Source: a bacterium (GTDB lineage Bacteria; Electryoneota; Electryoneia; Electryoneales; Electryoneaceae). Taken from it: DNA of 64,000 nt. Position numbers and translations under genes: made by a program. The stretch covers positions 2,656,001 through 2,720,000 of the forward strand of contig OY769902.1 of NCBI GenBank assembly GCA_963669175.1. Direction: 5' to 3'. Positions 19,362-28,141 of this stretch are shown one piece after another (the stretch's first letter is position 1; each line of letters starts with the position of its first letter). A model generated the notes under the pieces. It did not search any database. It had not been told where the DNA came from and worked only from the letters and a program-made list of their open reading frames with translations.

Positions 19362-21023
19362 ATGTCATCTGAACCAAGATTTACCAAGAGTGGCCTGCTC
19401 CAGATCGACACCCGTCCACCGAGTAAGGATTGGACCGATCCCTCCATCAACTTCGAGGAGAAGCGCGGGAACTGGTGTTACTCCGGCGTTCTGGCCTCTT
19501 TGAAATACCTGGACCTTCCGACCCCGGACCACAAATGGGCGCCGGATGAAGAGAAGTGGCCACTTCCGGAGAACTGGAAGCAGATCATTATGGACGGTCT
19601 GCATGAGAGGCTGAAGAAATTCCGCACTCTGCAGATCTTCATGGATATTTGTGTACGTTGCGGCGCCTGTGCGGACAAGTGCCATTTCTTCATCGGGTCT
19701 GGCGATCCGAAGAACATGCCGGTGCTGCGTGCCGAGCTGCTGCGTTCGATCTACCGTAAGAACTACACGATGGCCGGGAAGATCATGGGCAAGATGGTTG
19801 GCGCCCGTGACCTGACCGAGGATGTGATCAAGGAGTGGTTCTACTACTTCTACCAGTGTACCGAATGTCGTCGTTGCAGCGTGTTCTGCCCCTACGGCAT
19901 CGACACGGCTGAGATCACCATGATCGTTCGAGAGCTGCTGTCCCTGCTGAACCTGAGTGTGGACTGGATCGTCACCCCGGTGGCGAACAGCTTCCGTACA
20001 GGTAACCACCTGGGTATCCAGCCGCATGGTGTGGCGGATAGCCTTGAATTTGCTGCGGACGACCTGAAAGACATCATTGGTATGGAGGTCGAGGTGCCCA
20101 TCAATAAGAAGGGCGCTGAGATTCTGTTCATCACCCCGTCAGCAGACTATTTCGGTGAACCGCACTACTTCACCCTGTTGGGCTACCTGGCGCTGTTCAA
20201 ATATCTCGACCTGGATTATACCTGGAGTACCTACGCATCAGAAGGCGGTAACTTCGGCCTGTTCCACAGCCATGAGATGATCAAGCGGCTGAACGCGAAG
20301 ACCTACGCCGAAGCGGATCGTTTGGGTGTGAAGTGGATCCTGGGCGGTGAATGCGGTCACATGTGGCGTGTGTATCATCAGTACATGCACACCATGCAGG
20401 GCAAAACTCCGCCGAAACTGGAAGTGCCGAAGAGTCCCTTTACCGGTACTGTGTTCGATAATGCTTCCGTGACCAAGATGATCCATATCGCCGAGTTCAC
20501 GGCCGACCTGATCAATAACGGCAAGCTGAACCTGGACAAGAGCCGTAACGATCACTGGACCCCGACCTTCCATGACAGTTGCAACCCGAGTCGCGCCATG
20601 GGGCTGCTGGATGAGCCACGTTACATCCTGAACGCGACCTGTAACAACTTCGTGGAAATGCCGGAAAATACCATTCGTGAACAGACTTTCTGCTGCGGTT
20701 CGGGCGCTGGTCTGGGTACGGACGAAAACCTTGAGGCACGGTTGCGTGGCGGCCTGCCACGTGGCAACGCTGTGAAGTATGCCCGCGATGAGTACGGCGC
20801 AAATATTCTGCTGTGCATGTGCGCCATTGACAAAGCGACCCTTCCGGCCGTCTGCGATTTCTGGGCGGAAGGTGTTGAGGTTGGTGGTGTTCACGAAATG
20901 GTTGGCAACGCTCTGATAATGCCAGGTGAAACCCATCGTGAAACCGACCTTCGTGGCGAACCTTACCCCGAACCCGAAGAAGCGAACGACACCAAGAGCG
21001 AGGAGGTGACTGAGAATGCATGA
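19362..21023 (+). CDS. dsrK: DsrK Fe-S/CCG catalytic subunit
   Basis: CVRCGACADKC, CTECRRCSVFCP, GECGH, HDSCN, CCGSG. Confidence 0.95.
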   Translation: MSSEPRFTKSGLLQIDTRPPSKDWTDPSINFEEKRGNWCYSGVLASLKYLDLPTPDHKWAPDEEKWPLPENWKQIIMDGLHERLKKFRTLQIFMDICVRCGACADKCHFFIGSGDPKNMPVLRAELLRSIYRKNYTMAGKIMGKMVGARDLTEDVIKEWFYYFYQCTECRRCSVFCPYGIDTAEITMIVRELLSLLNLSVDWIVTPVANSFRTGNHLGIQPHGVADSLEFAADDLKDIIGMEVEVPINKKGAEILFITPSADYFGEPHYFTLLGYLALFKYLDLDYTWSTYASEGGNFGLFHSHEMIKRLNAKTYAEADRLGVKWILGGECGHMWRVYHQYMHTMQGKTPPKLEVPKSPFTGTVFDNASVTKMIHIAEFTADLINNGKLNLDKSRNDHWTPTFHDSCNPSRAMGLLDEPRYILNATCNNFVEMPENTIREQTFCCGSGAGLGTDENLEARLRGGLPRGNAVKYARDEYGANILLCMCAIDKATLPAVCDFWAEGVEVGGVHEMVGNALIMPGETHRETDLRGEPYPEPEEANDTKSEEVTENA

Positions 21024-21513
21024 TGGTGGCAAGATCATTCTGTTCCTGATCATCCTCCTGGTGCTGTTCACCGCTCCGGTGTGGTACAACATCATCGGGG
21101 GACAGGCAGGCAAGGAAGTAAATCCGGTGATCGCAACCGCGGATGAGCCGGGCAGGGATAAATGCGTGTACGATAAAGAGTACATGCTGGGTAACCATAT
21201 GAATGTCCTGAACCAGTGGCGTGACGATGTGGTCCGTCGCGGGGACCGTATCCATGTGACCGAAGATGGCCGCAGGTTCAGCAAGAGCCTGTCGTTGACC
21301 TGTATGGACTGTCACAGCAACAAGGAAGAGTTCTGCGACAAGTGCCATGATTACATGGATGTGACTCCCTATTGCTGGACATGCCATATTGAGCCGTCAC
21401 TGTACGGAGAAAGAGTGGTCGTGGAAGCGCCTGAGGTTGCTACTGGAGAAGAGATAAAAGGCGAAGACATGACCGTCGGTCACCCGACCGGAACACACGG
21501 GGAGGGTCACTGA
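21016..21513 (+). CDS. dsrJ: DsrJ triheme cytochrome c
   Basis: Three CxxCH motifs (CMDCH, CDKCH, CWTCH), WRDDVVR. Confidence 0.93.
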   Translation: MHDGGKIILFLIILLVLFTAPVWYNIIGGQAGKEVNPVIATADEPGRDKCVYDKEYMLGNHMNVLNQWRDDVVRRGDRIHVTEDGRRFSKSLSLTCMDCHSNKEEFCDKCHDYMDVTPYCWTCHIEPSLYGERVVVEAPEVATGEEIKGEDMTVGHPTGTHGEGH

Positions 21514-22301
21514 TGACAGTCGATAGACGAAAATTCGTAAAGGTTGCCGGACTGGGCATGATTGCCCTGGCAGCCAAACCGGCGGCAGAACTGTTTGGCA
21601 AGGATATCGAACATGTTCCAGCCGGTACTGCCCATAAACTGGATGTCGATCATCCGAAGACCGCCAAACGGTGGGCGATGGTGATTGATACTCGCAAGTG
21701 TCGTGAAAATCCGGACTGCGATGCCTGTATCAATGCCTGTCATGATGTTCATAACGTGCCGCATTTTGAGGAAAAAGACGAGATCAAGTGGATCTGGAAA
21801 GAAAGCTATCACCATGCTTTTTCCGGCGATGACAACGAATACATGCCGCATGACATTCTGCATTCGAATGTCCTGTTGCTGTGTAACCACTGTGATGATC
21901 CGCCTTGTGTGAAGGTGTGTCCGCCGAAGGCGACATTCCAGCGTGAAGACGGTATCGTGATGATGGACTGGCACCGTTGTATCGGTTGTCGTTATTGCAT
22001 CGCGGCCTGTCCTTACGGTTCACGTTCGTTCAACTGGCGTGACCCGCGCGAAGGCTTGGAAAACAAGAACCCGAACTTCCCGACACGGGAAAAGGGCGTT
22101 GTTGAAAAGTGTACATTCTGCGACAGCCGACTGGCGCGCGGCCAGTTACCGGCCTGTGTTGAGGTCTGCCCGCATCACGCGCTGACATTCGGTGATATTG
22201 ATGATCCGAACAGCGAGGTGCGTGAGATTCTCGAACAGAACAACACGATTCGCCGCAAGCCCAGTTTGGGTACAAAACCGCAAGTTTTCTACATTGTGTG
22301 A
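21513..22301 (+). CDS. dsrO: DsrO 4Fe-4S protein with Tat signal
   Basis: DRRKFVK twin-arginine leader; CNHCDDPPCVKVCP, CIGCRYCIAACPY, EKCTFC. Confidence 0.93.
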   Translation: MTVDRRKFVKVAGLGMIALAAKPAAELFGKDIEHVPAGTAHKLDVDHPKTAKRWAMVIDTRKCRENPDCDACINACHDVHNVPHFEEKDEIKWIWKESYHHAFSGDDNEYMPHDILHSNVLLLCNHCDDPPCVKVCPPKATFQREDGIVMMDWHRCIGCRYCIAACPYGSRSFNWRDPREGLENKNPNFPTREKGVVEKCTFCDSRLARGQLPACVEVCPHHALTFGDIDDPNSEVREILEQNNTIRRKPSLGTKPQVFYIV

Positions 22302-22311
22302 GGGATAGATC

Positions 22312-23481
22312 ATGATTGAAAAAGCGTTACACGGTGGAAAGGCATACTGGGCGCTGATCGTGGTCATCCTTGGGGTGATTGGGGTTGGCGTAGCCACCTG
22401 GTTCTATCAGTACCACAATGGTCTGACAGTAACCGGGTTAAACCGGGACGTGTCCTGGGGGCTGTATATCGGCCAGTTGACTTTCTTTGTGGGTGTCGCG
22501 GCGTCTGCAGTTATGCTCGTACTGCCGTACTACCTGCACGATTACAAAGCGTTTGGCAAGATGACGGTGTTGGGTGAGTTCGTCGCCATTGCTTCCGTCA
22601 TCATGTGCGTGTTGTTCGTGTTTGTCGACCTTGGCAAGCCGATGCGCATTACCAATGTCTTCCTGCATCCGAACCCGATATCCATGATGTTCTGGGATAC
22701 GATCGTGTTGTCCGGTTACATGTTGCTGAACATCCTGATCAGCCGTGTTGCCCTGGATGCGGAGAAGAAGGGTATTGCACCGCCGAAGTGGATCAAGCCG
22801 TTCATCATCCTGTCGATTCCATGGGCGGTCAGTATTCATACTGTCACGGCATTCCTGTATGCCGGCCTGGTTGCTCGTCCCTTCTGGATGACGGCTGTTA
22901 TGGCGCCTCGATTCCTGGCGTCTGCGTTTGCCGCCGGTCCGGCTCTGCTGATGATTTTTGCGTTGATCATTCGCAAGTTCACCAAGTTTGATCCGGGCGA
23001 AAAGGCGATCAACCGTCTGAGCATCATTATCACGTATTCCATGGCGATCAATGTTTTCCTGATTCTGATGGAAGTCTTCACCGCGGCCTATAGCGGGATG
23101 CCGGAACACCTGGACCACTTCAAGTTCCTGTATACCGGCATTACCGATGCGAACGGTGTCACCCATACACAGATGGTACCGTGGATGTGGGCATCGTCGA
23201 TCCTGGCGCTGGTTTCCCTGTTCATCCTGTTTGTTCCGAAACTACGGAAGAACCACGGTTTGTTGTTCATGGCTTGTGCGGCGGTGTTCATTTCGCTGTG
23301 GATTGACAAGGGTTTCGGCCTGATGATCGCCGGATTCACCCCGACACCGACTCACCAGATCGCGTACTACATGCCGACATTGCCGGAATGGTTGATCATG
23401 TTCGGCATCTTCGGGATTGGCGCGTTTATCATCACCACGTTGTACAAGGTGGCGCTGACCATGCGTGGAGCGGTGAAATAG
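22312..23481 (+). CDS. dsrP: DsrP NrfD-family membrane protein
   Basis: RDVSWGLYI, DLGKP, SIHTVTAFL, PRFLASAF. Confidence 0.93.
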   Translation: MIEKALHGGKAYWALIVVILGVIGVGVATWFYQYHNGLTVTGLNRDVSWGLYIGQLTFFVGVAASAVMLVLPYYLHDYKAFGKMTVLGEFVAIASVIMCVLFVFVDLGKPMRITNVFLHPNPISMMFWDTIVLSGYMLLNILISRVALDAEKKGIAPPKWIKPFIILSIPWAVSIHTVTAFLYAGLVARPFWMTAVMAPRFLASAFAAGPALLMIFALIIRKFTKFDPGEKAINRLSIIITYSMAINVFLILMEVFTAAYSGMPEHLDHFKFLYTGITDANGVTHTQMVPWMWASSILALVSLFILFVPKLRKNHGLLFMACAAVFISLWIDKGFGLMIAGFTPTPTHQIAYYMPTLPEWLIMFGIFGIGAFIITTLYKVALTMRGAVK

Positions 23482-23501
23482 CAGCACGTTTCAGTCTTTT
23501 C

Positions 23502-23540
23502 AGGGGGTCGGGGTATTTATGATCCCGGCCCCTTTTTGTT
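23502..23540 (+). terminator. Terminator of the dsr operon
   Basis: AGGGGGTCGGG...CCCGGCCCC followed by TTTTTGTT. Confidence 0.8.
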
Positions 23541-23542
23541 GG

Positions 23543-23592
23543 AAGTGAAAAAAGTGAAAAAAGTGAAAAAGGTGAAAAAAGTGAAAAAGGTG
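23543..23592 (+). repeat. 9-bp microsatellite ARGTGAAAA, about 5 copies
   Basis: Read directly, just after the terminator. Confidence 0.9.
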
Positions 23593-24114
23593 GGTGGCCC
23601 TGTACGTTTCTAACAATACTGTATAGGAGTGCATGGCCCGATTTGCCGGAAGTGCAACATGATACTATCGAGATGCTGACAAGATTTGTGGGGCGTCGTC
23701 TTATGATGCGGATCATGAGCAAGTCGGGAACTGCGGAGAGCCTGGGTGGCCGATCCGCAGGTACAAATGCTGCCACTATACTTGAAACAAGAAAACAATG
23801 AGGAACTATCCATTCTTGATGAGGTATTGAGCGAATCGGGACAGTGATAGGGAATTGTGTTTTCTCTATTGCCCGAAACCCATTCCCGATGCGCTCAAGA
23901 GTACGAAGAGGAATGAGATGCAGTGGGTATATTTCTTTTGAACCGAAAACGGAAAGTGCATCACTTGAGGTTCTGGCCAACCAGTCCATTTTTGTTTGAA
24001 GTGGAAAGTGAAAAGGTGAACAAAGTATAACTGTAGGATATGTCTTGGATTAGATTTGTGGTGCGCCTTTCACTGTTGAGATGAAAGAGTGTGACAGTCA
24101 CAATTGGAGAAACC

Positions 24115-25023
24115 ATGAAACAAGCACGCATCATTTTCCTGGCCGGAGTAGCAAGCCTGCTTCTCTTCACCGGAATTGGCTGCAAGAAGCAGGAACAAAT
24201 ACCTGGTGCGTCAGCATGGAATCAGGAACCGGAAAAAGCAGTGGAAACCAGAGCGGCGAGCCAGGATCCGGAAGAAGTGTTGGAGACGCTGGTCGTTGAT
24301 GCGGATGTGGATGTTGAGATACGAATGCAGTTCATTCCGGTTTTTAATCGAAAAGACCCGATGAGCTATGAAGATATGGGCGAAGACTACGAGAAGATGG
24401 AAGGTTGTGTCGCAAAAGCAGAATCACTGCTTGCCGCCCAGCGTGATATGAACTATAACCTTTTAACAGCAGCCGGTGGAGTTTCTGATTTCCCTTATTA
24501 CGATCAAGCTGGTCAGGCCTGGAATCTTGCATATTCTGAACTTGGCGAGAGAAACAACTGGTATCTGTTTTCACTTTGTTGCGATAGTGATACCGTGTAC
24601 CAGTTTGAGACGCCATTTGGGTATCCTTTCAAGGTTCTACATGGAATCATCTTTCACGATACAACCTGGGTATTGGGGTATCATCGTATCACAAGAGAAG
24701 AACACGATTTATCCATACAATATGAAACAATTATAAATGGCGTCAGCTTCAATGACCAGGAAGGGTATGACGAAGTTGACTTCTACGGTTGGATAGAAAA
24801 CGAACCTTTCTATGTCTTCAAGAAGGGAGATCAATATGGGTATGTTTATAAAAATCAAGTAGTAAATGTCGGTTGGTCGTATTTATATAATAGCGCTGGT
24901 GATGGCAGTCCAAAGTACACCTATCCGGAGAAAAGAAAGCAGGGCATGTTCTTCCAGGTACAGGAAGATGGGTACTGGGGATTTGTGGTACTGTACAGTG
25001 AAGTGATTGCCAAGAATGTGTGA
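24115..25023 (+). CDS. Hypothetical lipoprotein (paralog A)
   Basis: Lipobox GIGC, GGAG RBS; clear paralog of the next gene. Confidence 0.8.
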   Translation: MKQARIIFLAGVASLLLFTGIGCKKQEQIPGASAWNQEPEKAVETRAASQDPEEVLETLVVDADVDVEIRMQFIPVFNRKDPMSYEDMGEDYEKMEGCVAKAESLLAAQRDMNYNLLTAAGGVSDFPYYDQAGQAWNLAYSELGERNNWYLFSLCCDSDTVYQFETPFGYPFKVLHGIIFHDTTWVLGYHRITREEHDLSIQYETIINGVSFNDQEGYDEVDFYGWIENEPFYVFKKGDQYGYVYKNQVVNVGWSYLYNSAGDGSPKYTYPEKRKQGMFFQVQEDGYWGFVVLYSEVIAKNV

Positions 25024-25090
25024 TAGAGGTGATTCAGGGCAGTTAACAGGATAGTTGTACTTACTGGCGAGCTCCATTTCAGGAGAATTC

Positions 25091-25924
25091 ATGAGACAAG
25101 CGATCATCTGTTTATGGGTACTGGGGCTGAGCCTGCTGCTTTGTCTCGGAAACGGTTGCCAGAGATGCGAACAGGAACAGAAGAAGCCAGCCATCGATGC
25201 GGACACAGAAGTGGCGTTCAAAATGGTGTTTATTCCTGTCGCTGATCATAAAGAGCCACTGCATTATGAAGGAACGAGCGAAGAACGTGAGAAGCTGAAA
25301 GAAAGTTTCGCGGAAGCGGAATCATTGCTGGCTGCACAACGTGACATGAATTACAACTTGGTGACAACGACCATGTGGGGACATGAATTTCCCTATCGTG
25401 ATGACCAGGACAATATCTGGACCCTGAGCAAAACGCGACCGTCCAACAATACGGCTACGTATTCACTGATTCGAGGTAAGGATACCGTATACCGTTTTGA
25501 AGCGCCGTTTGCATCCTCCAGCAATATTATAAAGGGATTCATTGCAATGGATTCGACCTGGGTTCTGGGGTACAAGGGATACCGTAAGCAAACACAGGAA
25601 GACAATGGATCCCGTCTGACTTCTAAAATGGTAGTAAATGGAATCGATATCGGTGAACAGGAAGGGTATGATGACGTCTATTTCTTCGGCTGGATCGAGG
25701 GTGAAGTTTTTTATGTATTCAAACAAGATGAACAGTTTAGCTATGTCTATAGGGACAAAGTGAACAACCTTGGCTGGACAAAAGTAATGGATACTGCAGG
25801 GGATGGGAGTTACATATACACTTTTCCTGAAAAGCGAAGCCAGGGCATGTTCTTCCAGGTGCAGGAAGATGGGTACTGGGGATTTGTGGTGTTGTACAGT
25901 GAGTTGATACCGAAGGATGGATGA
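25091..25924 (+). CDS. Hypothetical lipoprotein (paralog B)
   Basis: Lipobox GNGC, AGGAG RBS; shares AESLLAAQRDMNYNL and QGMFFQVQEDGYWGFVVLYSE with paralog A. Confidence 0.8.
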   Translation: MRQAIICLWVLGLSLLLCLGNGCQRCEQEQKKPAIDADTEVAFKMVFIPVADHKEPLHYEGTSEEREKLKESFAEAESLLAAQRDMNYNLVTTTMWGHEFPYRDDQDNIWTLSKTRPSNNTATYSLIRGKDTVYRFEAPFASSSNIIKGFIAMDSTWVLGYKGYRKQTQEDNGSRLTSKMVVNGIDIGEQEGYDDVYFFGWIEGEVFYVFKQDEQFSYVYRDKVNNLGWTKVMDTAGDGSYIYTFPEKRSQGMFFQVQEDGYWGFVVLYSELIPKDG

Positions 25925-26182
25925 GGGGCAGATGAGTGAATATAGAAAAAGGGGACAGTTTCCTTTTCCATAAGTTGTGCGAAAATGTCACGTATTATCG
26001 AGAGGAAAAGGATCCCGTCCCCTTTTCCCGACATACAAAATACGCTATTCAAATGATCGAACTTCGGTTGAAAGTCGAAAGAATGCCGTTATTCTAATCA
26101 TCCTTTTATCCTGTTATCCTGTTCATCTTGAGAGTATCTTGTACATCTTGTGAATAGCAGTGGAGCTGTAAAGGAGAGAGAG

Positions 26183-27835
26183 ATGCAAGTCGTGATTATC
26201 GGTGGTGACGCCGCAGGGTTGAAGACAGCAGCACGTTTACGCAGGCTGGATGCCGATACGGAGATCGTGGTTCTCGAAAAGGGTGATGTCATTTCCTATG
26301 CAGCCTGTGGGCTGCCCTATGTCCTGTCCGGGGATATTGATTCAGTCAATGACCTGTTGACCACGTCGTGGGATGAACCCAAGACCCCGGAGTATTTCAA
26401 ACGGGCCAAGGATGTTGACGTTCGGATCAAGACAGAAGCAGTCGGTATTGACCGGGAAAATAAGCTGGTTACGGCTAAAAATGTCGAGACCGGTGAAATG
26501 ACTGAAATTCCTTATGACAACCTGGTCATCGCGACCGGCGCATCACCGATTCTTCCTCCGGGTGTGACAGGATGCGATCTGGATGGTGTCGGCTGCTTCA
26601 CCAAACCGTCCGAGATGAAAGCGTTGAAGATGGGGTTGGCGCAGGGTGAAATCGGACGTGTGGTGATTCTGGGGGCCGGGTATATCGGGCTGGAACTGTG
26701 CGAAGCCTTCGCCGCTTTGTGGGGCGCGGAAGTCGTTCTGCTGGAGAAGGAAGACCAGGTGCTGCCACGTTTTCTCGATCCTGAAACGGCAAAGCTGGTC
26801 AATGCCGAGCTTGTAAACAATGATATTGAGGTACACTGCGGGGTGACAGTCGCCTCAATCGAAGAATCCGATGACGGTCTGTTGGTGAAAGATACGGACG
26901 GAAACGAGTATACCGGCGATCGTGTGGTTCTGGCTGCCGGGGTGCGTCCGAATACAGCATTGGCGGAACAATGTGATCTGCCCCTGGGTGCGCATGGCGG
27001 CATACAGGTCAATTGCCAGGGCAAAACAGAAGATCCCTACATCTATGCCGCCGGTGACTGCGCCGAGCTGCCGATTGAGGATGGTTCCCACCTGATGCCG
27101 TTGGGATCGATTGCCAACCGCATGGGCCGGGTGGTGGCGAATAACATCATGGGGCAGGAAGATGAAATGCCCTTCCTGCACGGTACAGCAGTCGTGAAAG
27201 TGTTTGATCTGAACGTGGCGATTTGCGGCACCTGCGCCAATAGTCTGAAACGTAAAGGTCTGGAACCGGAAGAATACTGGTCCAGCTTTGATGAACGAGC
27301 GCATTATTACCCGGAAGGTCAGAATGTCAGGATGAAGATTACCTGTTATCCTGGCGGTAAACTGGCGGGGATACAGGTGCTCGGTAAGGGAGAAGTGGTT
27401 CGTTGGGCAAATACCTTTGCACAGGTGATGGACCTGGGCGGGGGAGATGCACGTATGCTCAACCGTCTTGAACATGCCTACGCGCCACCCTTTGCCGCGG
27501 CGATGGACCCGTTACACTACATGGCCTCCATGATCGAACGTGGCCCTGACTGGCAGATGGCCCCGGATACGCTCGAAGACGGTGGTGATGAAGCCTGGAC
27601 CGTGGTTTGCTTGCTGACCGACGCGGAAGAAGCGGAATTGGATAAGCCGGATGTAAAGGGACACTGGCTGCATATTCCGTACAGTCATCTTCGTGAACGC
27701 ATGAGCGAGTTGCCGAAGGATAATGTGGTCCTGATCTGCGCCCTGGGTACACGAAGCTATGATGCCTGTGTAACCCTGCGGAACCTGGGCTACCATGCCA
27801 AGTATATCGCAGGGGGAGTGGCTTTCGGGAAATGA
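26183..27835 (+). CDS. FAD-dependent CoA-disulfide/persulfide reductase with C-terminal rhodanese domain
   Basis: GGDAAG, SYAACGLPY redox Cys, GAGYIGLE, YAAGDC, YAPPF, C-terminal ICALGTRS. Confidence 0.88.
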   Translation: MQVVIIGGDAAGLKTAARLRRLDADTEIVVLEKGDVISYAACGLPYVLSGDIDSVNDLLTTSWDEPKTPEYFKRAKDVDVRIKTEAVGIDRENKLVTAKNVETGEMTEIPYDNLVIATGASPILPPGVTGCDLDGVGCFTKPSEMKALKMGLAQGEIGRVVILGAGYIGLELCEAFAALWGAEVVLLEKEDQVLPRFLDPETAKLVNAELVNNDIEVHCGVTVASIEESDDGLLVKDTDGNEYTGDRVVLAAGVRPNTALAEQCDLPLGAHGGIQVNCQGKTEDPYIYAAGDCAELPIEDGSHLMPLGSIANRMGRVVANNIMGQEDEMPFLHGTAVVKVFDLNVAICGTCANSLKRKGLEPEEYWSSFDERAHYYPEGQNVRMKITCYPGGKLAGIQVLGKGEVVRWANTFAQVMDLGGGDARMLNRLEHAYAPPFAAAMDPLHYMASMIERGPDWQMAPDTLEDGGDEAWTVVCLLTDAEEAELDKPDVKGHWLHIPYSHLRERMSELPKDNVVLICALGTRSYDACVTLRNLGYHAKYIAGGVAFGK

Positions 27836-27881
27836 AGTTTGAAAGTTCAAAAGTTTGAAAGTTTGAAAGTTGAAAAGTTAT
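27835..27881 (+). repeat. 8-bp microsatellite AAGTTTGA-like, about 5-6 copies
   Basis: Begins at the stop codon. Confidence 0.85.
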
Positions 27882-27939
27882 TTTGTCAGCAAGCCGGGAC
27901 AGAGCCATAGAAGAGCTGTCCCGGTTTTCGTATACAACG

Positions 27940-27964
27940 GTAGCCCGGCCATGCCTGGCCGGGA
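27940..27964 (+). repeat. GTAG-tagged REP-like palindrome
   Basis: GTAGCCCGGCCATGCCTGGCCGGGA; second copy at 46026. Confidence 0.75.
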
Positions 27965-28141
27965 ATGGCATGTTGTATTGCTCGAGATCCCCGTTTTGTT
28001 CACGGCAGTGCTTCGCACCCCGCAAGCTTCGCTACGGTTCAAGCCGAGCCAGACGATTGATGTCTGATACTATTTTCATCTTTCGACTGCCCCTGCTTGC
28101 TCGTCAGCATAGTATATACTAATTCAAAGACCAAGTCGGTA

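Noticed and set aside
23600-24090. Possible decayed transposase or ORF after dsrP
   Set aside because: No convincing motif or continuous frame was found by eye; it would need tBLASTn.
24115-25924. Diversity-generating retroelement TR/VR pair
   Set aside because: Both copies are in coding genes, the few differences are not a clear adenine-specific pattern, and there is no reverse transcriptase in the window.
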